A stretch of 20,000 nt of DNA from an uncultured virus (IMG/VR IMGVR_UViG_3300021963_000095) (IMGVR_UViG_3300021963_000095), one strand, 5' to 3'. Positions 1 through 9,387 are shown, counted from the first letter of the stretch. Program-made: numbers and translations. The notes: generated by a model from the sequence alone, not told the origin.

Positions 1-76
1 GCGTAGGCAATACTACAGATTGCCCTAGCGCCTTATTCTCTTTACCAATGGTAAAACCAAATAAATTCAATGCCAT
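1..76 (-). CDS. gp20: Portal vertex protein (T4 gp20-like), N-terminal fragment running off the window
   Basis: Own translation from ATG at 76: MALNLFGFTIGKENKALGQSVVLPT; the LFGFxI start is typical of T4-like portals, and it directly follows gp19. Confidence 0.8.
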   Translation of the reverse strand, partial: MALNLFGFTIGKENKALGQSVVLPT

Positions 77-86
77 AGTCTATTCC

Positions 87-114
87 AAAAAAAAATTAAT
101 CAGATTAGATTAAT
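87..114 (-). terminator. Weak intrinsic-terminator-like hairpin plus U-tract between gp19 and gp20
   Basis: Inverted repeat ATTAATC (95-101)/GATTAAT (108-114), 6-nt loop containing the gp19 stop, followed on the minus strand by a T-run (94-87). Stem is AT-rich, hence weak. Confidence 0.35.
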
Positions 115-689
115 CCGCCGCCTGTTGCTAGGCCAGCGATATCTAATGTTGTAATACCACCTAAACCACCAATTGCTTCAAATGATTGATATGTAAACTC
201 GCAAGTGAATTCTGCTACTTGGTCGTTTGTTCCGAAATCAAGTGCCATTTCACCCAAGTTTGTTGGGTATGAATCACGCAACAAATATGTTTTCAAAACG
301 CTATCATTTCTATCTAATTGCTGAACAATAATGTCAGCCATGTATGATGATGGGTTTATGAATCCACGATTTGATGATGTGCTGTTGATACCATTTTGCC
401 AAAACTCTAGTGCGTTTCTAATGTTAAAATTAGAATCTGCTAGAATTGTTGTTGTCCACGGTGCAAATGTTCTTTCGCCAGCTAAGTTAACTTGACGACC
501 ACGAAATTGAACTGGTGTGTTACCAATCGTTCCGCCAGGAAGAGCTGCACCCTTGCATAAAAATTGTGCATCTCTTGCCGCTAGAAGACCAGGACCAATC
601 CATAATGGAAATGTCAAGAATACTCTAAACTGGTTAGGACGAACACCACCACCAGTCAATCTATTTTTAAATTCTGTAATTGACGCCAT
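105..689 (-). CDS. gp19: Tail tube protein (T4 gp19-like)
   Basis: Motifs GGxRPNxF, FxCKxAxLPG, FRGRxVxxAGERTFxPW, VxQLDR, YPTNL; position between sheath and portal. Confidence 0.95.
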   Translation of the reverse strand: MASITEFKNRLTGGGVRPNQFRVFLTFPLWIGPGLLAARDAQFLCKGAALPGGTIGNTPVQFRGRQVNLAGERTFAPWTTTILADSNFNIRNALEFWQNGINSTSSNRGFINPSSYMADIIVQQLDRNDSVLKTYLLRDSYPTNLGEMALDFGTNDQVAEFTCEFTYQSFEAIGGLGGITTLDIAGLATGGGLI

Positions 690-715
690 GTTTTATCTCC
701 TAACTATTTTACTTT

Positions 716-1252
716 TTAAACTGTTGTCTTTGTACCAGCGGCAGTTCCTTGACCAGCAGTAATTGTTAACACCGCAGCTTCGCTACCTGATGTTTCTACA
801 ATTGTGCCACCCGCTAGAGTAATTGACTGAGCACCAACGCTCAATGTGTCTCCAGCTGCCGGAACTGTAAATTCAAATGTAAGAACAGTTTTAGCGGCAT
901 TTTGTGATGCGTATGTCGCTGTTACTGCACCTGCAACTGAACCAGTTACAACCAAGGTTGGATTACCAGTAACATTAACTTTTTCGTTGAACTCAACTTT
1001 AATGCTCTTAGTTGTTCCTGCTGTATATGTTCCTGTGCTAAACGAAACTTTGCTAACTGAAGCGTAACCAAGTTTTGTTGTTGATGAGCCAGAACCTTCT
1101 AGGTTACGAATTGCTACTATAACTTCTTCCAATCCTGTATCTGGATTACGATAAACCCAACCAGATTGTGTGGCAAAAGTATTTTCTTTTTGAGCATCTG
1201 TTAACCATTTAGGTTTGCTCTCGTTGCTTGTTGTTGCTCCCCATGCGGACAT
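716..1252 (-). CDS. Putative virion decoration protein: short N-terminal MSAWG...GWV domain plus C-terminal Ig-like domain
   Basis: 178-aa ORF with AAGGAG RBS; C-terminal VEFNEKVNVTGNPTL...ATY...LTFEFTV...GD...LAGGTI resembles Ig-like repeats of large bacterial surface proteins. Confidence 0.65.
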   Translation of the reverse strand: MSAWGATTSNESKPKWLTDAQKENTFATQSGWVYRNPDTGLEEVIVAIRNLEGSGSSTTKLGYASVSKVSFSTGTYTAGTTKSIKVEFNEKVNVTGNPTLVVTGSVAGAVTATYASQNAAKTVLTFEFTVPAAGDTLSVGAQSITLAGGTIVETSGSEAAVLTITAGQGTAAGTKTTV

Positions 1253-1276
1253 TTTTATTCTCCTTATTAACTGTTA

Positions 1277-3190
1277 TTAAGCACCAGCAACTTCGCTAAA
1301 CGAAACGCCTGTGCGTGTTGCAATGAAGGACAATGTGATGAAGTTAATTGAACGAGCAGGTTTAATAAAGATATCTGCAACAAACTCATTTCTATCAATT
1401 ACTTCGCCAGTGTTATTTGATTCATCACAAACAACTTTAAAGTCTGTGATACCACGGCGTCCTTGAACATCACGCAAGAATGGTTCAACTAAGTTTTTGA
1501 ACTGCGCTCTTGTGAAGTCATCGTTAAATTCAAACAATTGATATTTTGATGCAGTAGCAATTGCTTTTTCTAATACAATAAACAATCTGCGAACATTAAT
1601 TCTGTCAAATGCAGATGGTTTAGACAATAAAGTTTTATCGCCAAATAACACGATACCTTGACCAGGGAAATTTACAACAGGGTTAATACCTGCTTTGTAA
1701 AGTGTATCACGGTCAGTCTTATCTGGTGTATATGCTAGTTTAATAACATTCTTAATTTGACCACGATTTAAACCAGCAGGTGAGAACCATGGGTCGTTTG
1801 TGTTATCTGTTCTTACACACAGACCAGCAACATCACCGTTTAATGGTACCCAACGATACACATCGTTATAACGGTCATACTGATATTTCCAACCAGAATC
1901 AATTACTGCGTATGAAGAACTAATGTTTGTTGTGTTGCGCTCTGTAACAACAGCACTTGCTTTTTCTGTTCCAGAATTAACAGCACTTAATGTTGGTGAA
2001 TAGAATACCATGCAATCTTTTCTGTATTCTGCAACATTTTCTGTTACCCATTTGGCGACTGCACCAGATGCAGGACCAACAGGAATTAGAGACACATCAA
2101 ATAATTCATCGTTTCTAAACAATGTATAACCAGATTGTAATTCGCCGTCTGTTGGAACATTATCGTCTGTACCGTTTACTAATTGATAGTATGCTGGAAC
2201 TGTTCCTGCTGGAGTAAAGTTAAATGTTGAAACTGCTGATGAAGTTCCTTCAGTAGCGTCAACACCAGTTGGTGTTCCATACACGAATACCCATTGAGAG
2301 TTTTCGTTAATTACTGTTCTCCAATAATTATTTGAACCGTCTGATTTTTTATTATCTGAAGCAATTGAAACTCCAGCATATTTTTCTAACACTTGGTCAA
2401 TCGTTCCTGTAATTGCGCCTTTTTCATCACAAACAACTACATGAATTTCATCATCTTGACCACCAACTGAGGCGGCATATGATGTTGTTCCTGGTGCTGA
2501 ATCAAATTCATCAGCATATCCCCATCTACGATTAACTGCTGTTGTAGATGGAACTGCCGCTTCTAGACCAGTATTTACTGTTCCTGCTTTACGAATTGTT
2601 AATTCGTGAGTTCCAGAATTTTTTGCTGTAACTTCATATGAAACTGTATCTGTACCAAATTTTAACAAATCACCAACAACAATATTTGTTGAAGATGCTA
2701 CTGTAACTGTGGTTGCGTTTGCGGCCGCATTTGTTGAAACTGTAGTTACCGCTGATGTTGAAAATTGTGTCGGTGAAGAGCAAACTGAAACTCTTAGAGA
2801 ATTACCTAAAGTGCCAGGGCATCTTGCAATAAAAGGACCCACAGGAGTTAAAACTCCAGAACCTTTAGATTCAAAGTCTGTTTTATTTTTAACTAAAATA
2901 GCGGCACCAGTTGATACTGCATTTAAATGACCACTAGCGGCACGAACAACCTGCAAATTATTACCGTATGATAGGAAGTTTGCGGCAGTAAAGAAGTATG
3001 GTGCAGTATTAGCATCAGGTTTACCAAAGACAGAAGCCAATTCATTTTCAGATGAAATTGTCGTTACTTCTTCTACTGGACCCCATTTAAAAGAACCAAC
3101 AAAAGCACCGGCAGTTGTGGCAACCGCAGGAACAACATTAGTCAGGTCTTTTTCTTGGACTAATACTCCAGGTGAAAGTTGAAAAGCCAT
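1277..3190 (-). CDS. gp18: Tail sheath protein (T4 gp18-like)
   Basis: SPGVxVxExDLT N-terminus, FxWGP, FLSYGNxLxVVR, PWFSPAGxNRG, FDRINVRRLF, IKPARSINFI; AAGGAG RBS. Confidence 0.98.
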   Translation of the reverse strand: MAFQLSPGVLVQEKDLTNVVPAVATTAGAFVGSFKWGPVEEVTTISSENELASVFGKPDANTAPYFFTAANFLSYGNNLQVVRAASGHLNAVSTGAAILVKNKTDFESKGSGVLTPVGPFIARCPGTLGNSLRVSVCSSPTQFSTSAVTTVSTNAAANATTVTVASSTNIVVGDLLKFGTDTVSYEVTAKNSGTHELTIRKAGTVNTGLEAAVPSTTAVNRRWGYADEFDSAPGTTSYAASVGGQDDEIHVVVCDEKGAITGTIDQVLEKYAGVSIASDNKKSDGSNNYWRTVINENSQWVFVYGTPTGVDATEGTSSAVSTFNFTPAGTVPAYYQLVNGTDDNVPTDGELQSGYTLFRNDELFDVSLIPVGPASGAVAKWVTENVAEYRKDCMVFYSPTLSAVNSGTEKASAVVTERNTTNISSSYAVIDSGWKYQYDRYNDVYRWVPLNGDVAGLCVRTDNTNDPWFSPAGLNRGQIKNVIKLAYTPDKTDRDTLYKAGINPVVNFPGQGIVLFGDKTLLSKPSAFDRINVRRLFIVLEKAIATASKYQLFEFNDDFTRAQFKNLVEPFLRDVQGRRGITDFKVVCDESNNTGEVIDRNEFVADIFIKPARSINFITLSFIATRTGVSFSEVAGA

Positions 3191-3247
3191 GTTTTTTTCT
3201 CCTTGAGATAATTATTTTTTATTTAAGGTCAATCAATTCTTGTTGAA

Positions 3248-3255
3248 TATTTATA
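3248..3255 (-). promoter_or_regulatory. T4-type late promoter (TATAAATA) upstream of gp18
   Basis: Exact TATTTATA on + strand in the gp17-gp18 intergenic gap. Confidence 0.85.
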
Positions 3256-3266
3256 AATTATAAAAA

Positions 3267-4898
3267 TTACGCTTTCGCTAACCAAGAATCGTCTACTGAC
3301 CATACAACTCCTTCGTCATCAACGAATTTGTCTTCCATATTGTCTGTAGGAAGAAAACCGACTGGTAACATATCTTCTTCAAGTGCTTTCAGTCTTTCGT
3401 CTTCCAATTTTTTACGAACATCTGTATCTGTCAAATCTCTAAAGTAAGGTTGTGTTGTTGCCCAACTAAAAAGAACCATACACATTGCCAAGTCATCATT
3501 CTGTCCTTCTTCTGCTTCAAACGAACTTTTTCTTTGAACAAAAGTTGAAAGTTCGTTAATACTATCAAAATCAGTAACTAACAATTTATCATCTTCAATT
3601 AATGATTTAAGAGTTAAACAACCAATTCGTTTAACTTGTCCTGTAGTTCTAACACCAGATTGAATTCTTGATGCAAAACCTGAACCCATAACTTGTCCAG
3701 AACGACCCTTTGATGCTGAAGTAATTACATTTTCATACTCTAATTCTTGAGTAAGTATGTCAGCAATTTGTTGTCCATTATCATTAATTTCAATCAACAC
3801 AAAGGCATTATTATAAGTTTCTGCAACTTTTTTAATTACATTTGGATATAGTAAAGGTGACAACTCATTATTTCTATATCTTGCCACAACCTTATATGGA
3901 ATGGTTGTAACATCATAAACTAAGAATGCATGATAATCACTTCCAACACCTCTAGAAGTATCAGCAACCATAAAGTAATATCTATTGTTTTCAGGTTTTT
4001 GGTATAATGCTAATCCGTCTTTTTCGTGCATTGGCAATTCATGTGCTAATACAGCAAGTTTTGATGGTGATATTAGCGTATTAGCAGAACCTAAAAATTC
4101 ACACTCAAACTCTTGTCTCCATTGGTCTATAGATGTATTTTTGATAGTTTCTTCTTTAAACTTCTCATCACGACCAGGAATATCATTCCATCTGACTTCG
4201 ATTGGAACATATGATGAACGCTTTTGTGTAGATTCCATCCACATCTTATAAAACATATTCATACCGTTTGGGGTCGAAACAATCATTACCTTTGTATTTT
4301 TACCGGCAGTAATTGTTGGATATGTTGAACGCCAGAAGGCCTCAGCGAGATTAAATGGTACGAAAGCAAACTCGTCTAAGAATACTAGATTATACGAATT
4401 ACCACGAACACCGCTTGAAGATGTTGATGCCGCAATAATTTTTGATTTGTTCTCTAATTCGATAGATTTTTTATTCCAAGATATGACACCTTGTTGCATC
4501 CATATAGGAAGATATTCATATGCTAACTGTAATTTATAAAGAATTGACTGAGCCAAGTCTCCTTTATTAGCAAGTATGGCAATACTTTGTTCAGGTTGAA
4601 AAAGAACATACCAAAGAATATAACCGACAATTGCTGTAGTCTTACCAGACTGTCTAGGAACTTTACAAATTGTAAATCGATTAGTATGACATATATCAAT
4701 CATTTTTGTTTGCCAATCATACATATCGAATGGTGACAAACCATCATCTAGAGTTACAATTTTTACATAGTTTTTAATAAAATAAATTGGGTCTTCAGAG
4801 CATTTTGTATATTCTTGTAATTGCTCTGGAGTAAAATCAATCTTAACATTAGTTTTTTTAAGATTAGGATTACCAAGATAATTAGTTTGTTTGGTCAT
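3267..4898 (-). CDS. gp17: Terminase large subunit (T4 gp17-like)
   Basis: YLGNPNLK start, Walker A RQSGKT, Walker B LVFLDEFAF, STPNG, RQEFECEFLGS, nuclease DTSRGVGSDY and DDLAM; no intein or intron apparent. Confidence 0.98.
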   Translation of the reverse strand: MTKQTNYLGNPNLKKTNVKIDFTPEQLQEYTKCSEDPIYFIKNYVKIVTLDDGLSPFDMYDWQTKMIDICHTNRFTICKVPRQSGKTTAIVGYILWYVLFQPEQSIAILANKGDLAQSILYKLQLAYEYLPIWMQQGVISWNKKSIELENKSKIIAASTSSSGVRGNSYNLVFLDEFAFVPFNLAEAFWRSTYPTITAGKNTKVMIVSTPNGMNMFYKMWMESTQKRSSYVPIEVRWNDIPGRDEKFKEETIKNTSIDQWRQEFECEFLGSANTLISPSKLAVLAHELPMHEKDGLALYQKPENNRYYFMVADTSRGVGSDYHAFLVYDVTTIPYKVVARYRNNELSPLLYPNVIKKVAETYNNAFVLIEINDNGQQIADILTQELEYENVITSASKGRSGQVMGSGFASRIQSGVRTTGQVKRIGCLTLKSLIEDDKLLVTDFDSINELSTFVQRKSSFEAEEGQNDDLAMCMVLFSWATTQPYFRDLTDTDVRKKLEDERLKALEEDMLPVGFLPTDNMEDKFVDDEGVVWSVDDSWLAKA

Positions 4899-5352
4899 TT
4901 GACTTTTTCATATCTTTCAATAATTTTTGCAATTCTGTAGTGCTACCGACAAAAAGCGCATTAGTAACATTCTTAGGAGAATTTTCATTTTCACTCATTT
5001 GTTCTAACTCTTTCATACCTTTTTGTAATTTTAATAATTCACCAGTAACATCCGATACTGCTTTAATTAACTGACCAGCAACTTCATAACTTCTAGCACT
5101 TTCAGATTCTTTTGCTAAATTTAAAATTCCCTCAATTGCTTCATTGCCTTTATTAATCAATTGTTTAAAATTATCTCTCGCCTGTTCGTAATCATCTTTA
5201 GCATCATCACCAGATGATATTGCAGAAGGAGTTGAACTAGTAGTAAGAACTACTTCAGATGCCACTTCTGGTTTTTGTGTTTTAACTTCTTTTATCATTC
5301 CATCTGATATATCAAGAATTTCATTCATCTTATCAAAAAATTTTTCACCCAT
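4882..5352 (-). CDS. gp16: Terminase small subunit (T4 gp16-like)
   Basis: DDYEQARDN, RSYEVAGQLIK, NALFVGSTTELQKLLK motifs; overlaps the gp17 start by 17 nt. Confidence 0.95.
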   Translation of the reverse strand: MGEKFFDKMNEILDISDGMIKEVKTQKPEVASEVVLTTSSTPSAISSGDDAKDDYEQARDNFKQLINKGNEAIEGILNLAKESESARSYEVAGQLIKAVSDVTGELLKLQKGMKELEQMSENENSPKNVTNALFVGSTTELQKLLKDMKKSNDQTN

Positions 5353-5353
5353 T

Positions 5354-6112
5354 TTAATACTCCGTTATAGTCTCCGTAAATCCAAAATCATCATCTGCGT
5401 CTGAAGTAGTTGGGTCAGGTTGAACCACATAAGTTTGATATTCTTTCTCACTATCGATATCAAGTGTGTTTGCAGTAACCTTCTTAATAATGCCTTGACT
5501 ATTAACTTTACCATAAAAATTAAGTTTCATAGTAAAAGTTAATGTCCAAATAATACTTCGTCTTGCGGCATATTCACCTTCATAATCATCTTCATATGAG
5601 ATATTATTCAAAATAATTGGTATATCATCTTTAATTCCCATTTCAGGAACGACATTTGATGTTACTGTATATGCTGGAGTAAAAAATGGTAAAAGTTGTT
5701 CTACAATTTGTAAACCATCTTCTTGAGTTTTAACAAGAACAAATAAACTAATATCTAGATTATATGGAACAGCATTGTAAACTTTTTTCATTGTGCTTGG
5801 ATTGTCCGGGTCTGTCACCTTAGTAAGATTGAAAGTGTTCATCTTTCTTGTAGCATCATAAGTTAATCCTTGCATTTCAAAACCCATACGAGGTAAAGTG
5901 ATTGCAACAGATGTTGGGTCTGCTTCTGGATTATTTTCTAAAACACGAACTAAAAATTTTTGTTTTGGACCATATGCTAAAGGAACTTTTTCAATAGCAA
6001 CAACGGTTCCTTGTGAATTTTTTCTTTTAATATAAACATCATTGAAAAGAGAACCAAAAGCAACAATTGCTTTTCGAATATGTTCGTGATAAAAATAATT
6101 TAATGTAGACAT
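5354..6112 (-). CDS. gp15: Tail sheath stabiliser / tail completion protein (T4 gp15-like)
   Basis: YFYHxxIRKxIVAFGSLFN, VPLAYGPKQKFL, LPRMGFE, QIVEQLLPFFTP; TAATG coupling to gp14. Confidence 0.95.
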   Translation of the reverse strand: MSTLNYFYHEHIRKAIVAFGSLFNDVYIKRKNSQGTVVAIEKVPLAYGPKQKFLVRVLENNPEADPTSVAITLPRMGFEMQGLTYDATRKMNTFNLTKVTDPDNPSTMKKVYNAVPYNLDISLFVLVKTQEDGLQIVEQLLPFFTPAYTVTSNVVPEMGIKDDIPIILNNISYEDDYEGEYAARRSIIWTLTFTMKLNFYGKVNSQGIIKKVTANTLDIDSEKEYQTYVVQPDPTTSDADDDFGFTETITEY

Positions 6113-6900
6113 TATCTAGCTCCTAAATCACCAAATGGATTTTTAACTGTAAAGTCAAGAATTTGTTCTGCCGCTCGTAAGAAGTCTGTATTTTGAGCAA
6201 TTGGTTCAATAGTTCCTGTTGCATCAGACATTAGTTCATCTCCAAGATTAAATGATTCAAGAATAAATGAATCACCATTTTCTTGACGAAGAATATCTCC
6301 TGATTCTAAAATAATTTGGTAGTCAAAAATATTTCTTGATGGAGAATCTGCTGGAAGAACAGCATCGATAGCATTAACGCCGGTGTTGATGCTGTCTCCA
6401 GAATTGTGAACATATAATTCTACATCTAAGCGATAAGTGTAAAGTTTATGTGCTTGATAGAAAACATCTTTTGTTTCTACAAATTTAATTTCAAATAAAG
6501 CATTAGTTAATGGAAAGAAAATTAAATCACCTTCCGCAGGTCTTCTTCCTTTTGTTACACTTTTTTGATGAACACCAACTTCAGTTTGCCATCTTGATTT
6601 TAAAACAACAAGACTTGCTGTGTTGCGAATATCAAGACCAAACTTTGTCATTAAGTCGCCTTCACCTTCATATCCTGTAACTTGATTAAAATACATTTCA
6701 ATTGGATATGCAAATTCAAATTTAGAGTATTCATCTTCTCCAAGAATTTCATCTACATTGACCATTTCTCTAGGCATATAATACACTTCATGGCCGTAAA
6801 TTTTTACTGCCTCTGTGTATAAACTTTCAATGAGATTTTGTTCTAGTGCAATACCAGAACTTAGACCACCGCCCGAAGAAAAATAAGGATTCAATGCCAT
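6112..6900 (-). CDS. gp14: Neck protein (T4 gp14-like)
   Basis: NPYF, EQNLIESL, YGxxVYYMPR, GEGDLMTKFGL, RPAEGDLIFFP, NPFG C-terminus. Confidence 0.95.
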   Translation of the reverse strand: MALNPYFSSGGGLSSGIALEQNLIESLYTEAVKIYGHEVYYMPREMVNVDEILGEDEYSKFEFAYPIEMYFNQVTGYEGEGDLMTKFGLDIRNTASLVVLKSRWQTEVGVHQKSVTKGRRPAEGDLIFFPLTNALFEIKFVETKDVFYQAHKLYTYRLDVELYVHNSGDSINTGVNAIDAVLPADSPSRNIFDYQIILESGDILRQENGDSFILESFNLGDELMSDATGTIEPIAQNTDFLRAAEQILDFTVKNPFGDLGAR

Positions 6901-6901
6901 T

Positions 6902-7846
6902 TTAACCTACCATGAAGTCTACTGGTAACTCAAATCGATTTTGCATTTCCTCTTCTATTTTTTTACATTCCTCGTCTGCTTGTTGATAAATGTCGCTACC
7001 ATTTAGTGTGACACCGCCAGGCATTGTAATGCCTACAAATTTACTTAAATTTGCGCCCCATTGTCTTTTAATTAATGCAGTTAGATAACGCTTTAAAAAC
7101 ATATCGTTATATAATTGTGGAGCATCTGCTGGATTTAAAATTTTATATGCTTCAACCATAATATACTCATCTGGTCTTGCTATGTCATTCCAATCAATAT
7201 CTAAGTATAATTTGTCTGTGTTTCTATTATAACGAAATAGCATATCACTAGTTAATTGAAAATCAATCAATGCCAATTGCTTTTGAACCATATCATAATA
7301 AAGAATATTTGAATTTGTCATATCAAAAACAGAATTCATTCTAAATTGATATTGAAAACTAAAAATATCGTTTTGTGTAGTTTCAGAAAAATTGAAAATT
7401 TTAACAATACCAATAATGCTATCATTAACTGGAATATATTTGTTTGATATGTCTCCGAGAGTAATGGCAGAGATAGTTGATGTTACTGCACCATTAGAAA
7501 CTACATCGTTAACTGCAAATGTTCCAAAGTCTCTAACAATTCTAATTGTGGTTGCTGTTGGAACATCATAGACAACACCATACACATCATTTTGAGCAGT
7601 AGTTTTGTAAACTATATTTCCTGCTGTAAATGAGTGGGGTGCGTTAAATGTAATTGTAGTGGCCGTTATTTTATGCTTTAAAAGAACTCGCTCAACACCA
7701 TCGTAGTGATATTCTTGATAAAATTGTAATGCTTCATCAATTCTATCTTCTACTTGGTCTTCGCTCACATTAATGTCAATAACGCCTTTTCCAAGGCGTC
7801 TTAAACAATATTCTTTTAGCGTGGCTCTAGTGGTAGGATTCGCCAT
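6902..7846 (-). CDS. gp13: Neck protein (T4 gp13-like)
   Basis: LKEYCLRRLG, INVxxDQVEDRIDEALQ, ALIKRQWGANLSKF, PGGVTLNG, PVDFMVG. Confidence 0.96.
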   Translation of the reverse strand: MANPTTRATLKEYCLRRLGKGVIDINVSEDQVEDRIDEALQFYQEYHYDGVERVLLKHKITATTITFNAPHSFTAGNIVYKTTAQNDVYGVVYDVPTATTIRIVRDFGTFAVNDVVSNGAVTSTISAITLGDISNKYIPVNDSIIGIVKIFNFSETTQNDIFSFQYQFRMNSVFDMTNSNILYYDMVQKQLALIDFQLTSDMLFRYNRNTDKLYLDIDWNDIARPDEYIMVEAYKILNPADAPQLYNDMFLKRYLTALIKRQWGANLSKFVGITMPGGVTLNGSDIYQQADEECKKIEEEMQNRFELPVDFMVG

Positions 7847-7852
7847 TTGAAA

Positions 7853-7890
7853 TCTCCGAAATATTTTCTACTATTTATATATTTCGGAGA
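7853..7890 (-). promoter_or_regulatory. 12-bp perfect inverted repeat able to sequester the gp13 Shine-Dalgarno site
   Basis: TCTCCGAAATAT (7853-7864) / ATATTTCGGAGA (7879-7890), 14-nt loop; on the minus strand the 3' arm contains GGAGA 6 nt before the gp13 ATG. Confidence 0.75.
7872..7879 (-). promoter_or_regulatory. T4-type late promoter (TATAAATA) upstream of gp13
   Basis: Exact TATTTATA on + strand, lying in the loop of the inverted repeat. Confidence 0.85.
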
Positions 7891-7902
7891 AGGTTGATTT
7901 TT

Positions 7903-8295
7903 TTAGATTTTTAACTTCACCATGATTTTACCGTGTTCGAGAGAATTTGCTTCCATTGCAACTGCTACTACATCGGCAACACCTGCGCCATTGTTTGCTG
8001 ATAGTTTTCCGTATGAATCATTTAAAACCAATAAATCACCTTTTGATACAGACCCACGAACAAGAGCAAAACATTTTCCCACCATAGCAATGTATGGTGA
8101 TGTTGTTCTATCTAAAGCATAGACAATACCAACTACTCTAGCCCTTTCGGTAGATGCAGAACCTTGAGTTGCAATAATCTCATAAGCGCCGCTAGTGGTG
8201 CAACGAACAACTGTTCCCTCTTCTAATAAAAGTGCTGGGTCTACCGTAAATCTTTCTGCAAAATCTGAAATGTCACGCTTAATTGTTCTTGCCAT
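7903..8295 (-). CDS. Stand-alone intramolecular-chaperone-like domain (peptidase G2 IMC type, normally the C-terminus of fibre proteins)
   Basis: SDFAERF...GTVV...VGIV...PYIAMVG...VRGSVSKGDLLV pattern matches the DxAE...GxVV...GxV.KGDLLV C-terminal domains of phage fibres. Confidence 0.6.
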   Translation of the reverse strand: MARTIKRDISDFAERFTVDPALLLEEGTVVRCTTSGAYEIIATQGSASTERARVVGIVYALDRTTSPYIAMVGKCFALVRGSVSKGDLLVLNDSYGKLSANNGAGVADVVAVAMEANSLEHGKIMVKLKI

Positions 8296-8304
8296 TTTAC
8301 TTCC

Positions 8305-8712
8305 TTAAATTGTTTGTTCGTTTTCTAAATGTCTTTCTGACAATCTAAAATCTTTAACTACTGGATGGACAATACCCATCTTAATCAATTCAGGAACATT
8401 AGAACCACAAGGAATACAATCTGGTGCTAAAATTTCACCATCTATATCTCTTAATGCATGAATACAAAACGCAATCGTATTGTCTTCAAGTGCTTCTAAT
8501 TCATGTAACTGCTCAGCTTTAATAAAAATATGTTTTGGTGCTTCAAAAACACTTTCCTGATTATCAATTATAATTTTTAATTTTCCAGATGTTAATAAGG
8601 TAATGTGGTCAAATTGATGAGAATGCCCAACCTCAATATCACCTTTTTTAAAAATCATCATTCTAGAAAAAATATTTCCAGCACTTGCAATTTCAACATT
8701 TGGATAACTCAT
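8305..8712 (-). CDS. Cupin-fold protein
   Basis: Cupin motif 1 GHSHQFDHITLLTSG and motif 2 FIKAEQLHELEALED; C-terminal CIHALRD. Confidence 0.8.
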   Translation of the reverse strand: MSYPNVEIASAGNIFSRMMIFKKGDIEVGHSHQFDHITLLTSGKLKIIIDNQESVFEAPKHIFIKAEQLHELEALEDNTIAFCIHALRDIDGEILAPDCIPCGSNVPELIKMGIVHPVVKDFRLSERHLENEQTI

Positions 8713-8730
8713 AATGTTCCTAAAATAATA

Positions 8731-9387
8731 TTAACCTACTTGTGAAGAATCATTTCCTGGAGTAGAGTTAACCGACCCGCTCATTAAAGCGACTTCTTCA
8801 ATATATTGCTCAACAGTCTTATAAAAATCTGCTGGTGTTTGTGGAACTTTTTTCATGATTGCTTCTGATTCAATTAATGGGTGAGTGTTAAGAGGTTTAG
8901 GAAAGGCAGTTTTAACTGCTTGTCTAATCTTTTGAACACAATCTTTTAGATGAGGTTTACCTTCAACCAACCATTCCCATAATGCTCTTGTCAATAAAGA
9001 TTCTGGAGGATAGCACATTTGTCTTTTTGCAATATATTCTTCTTGCAACAAATAATCTTGAACCGCTGGTCGATGAGCCATTAATTCTTCTTCGGTAGGT
9101 TTAGGATTTCTATTTCCTTCTTCCCAAGATAGGGTTGAATAGTCGTTTCCGGTCATAGTCCACTTTTCTCCAGGATACATTACCTGTAGAACAGTTGAAT
9201 AATTATCTGCACTTCTGTGCTTACCGTAAAATTTAAAATATGAATCCAATTCAATAGAGTTAACCAATAACCCTAAACGGCGCTTGGTTTCAAACTCTTC
9301 TACTTGAGCTTCAATTTTTGCCAATTCCTGAGCCGAATACTCATATGTGGGAATTGTAACTGTTAATTCTGGTGATGATTCTGGCAT
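8731..9387 (-). CDS. XkdW-like / tail-fibre assembly chaperone-like protein with N- and C-terminal extensions
   Basis: Core YPGEKWxxxGNDYxxLxW...KPTEEEL followed by YIAKRQMCYP...ALW...IRQAVKTAFPKP, the pattern of small proteins that follow fibre-tip genes; GGAG RBS. Confidence 0.65.
   Translation of the reverse strand: MPESSPELTVTIPTYEYSAQELAKIEAQVEEFETKRRLGLLVNSIELDSYFKFYGKHRSADNYSTVLQVMYPGEKWTMTGNDYSTLSWEEGNRNPKPTEEELMAHRPAVQDYLLQEEYIAKRQMCYPPESLLTRALWEWLVEGKPHLKDCVQKIRQAVKTAFPKPLNTHPLIESEAIMKKVPQTPADFYKTVEQYIEEVALMSGSVNSTPGNDSSQVG

Noticed and set aside
3267..4898. Intein, intron or homing endonuclease in terminase or neighbouring core genes
   Set aside because: Lengths are ordinary, motifs are contiguous, and no splice or endonuclease motifs are visible.
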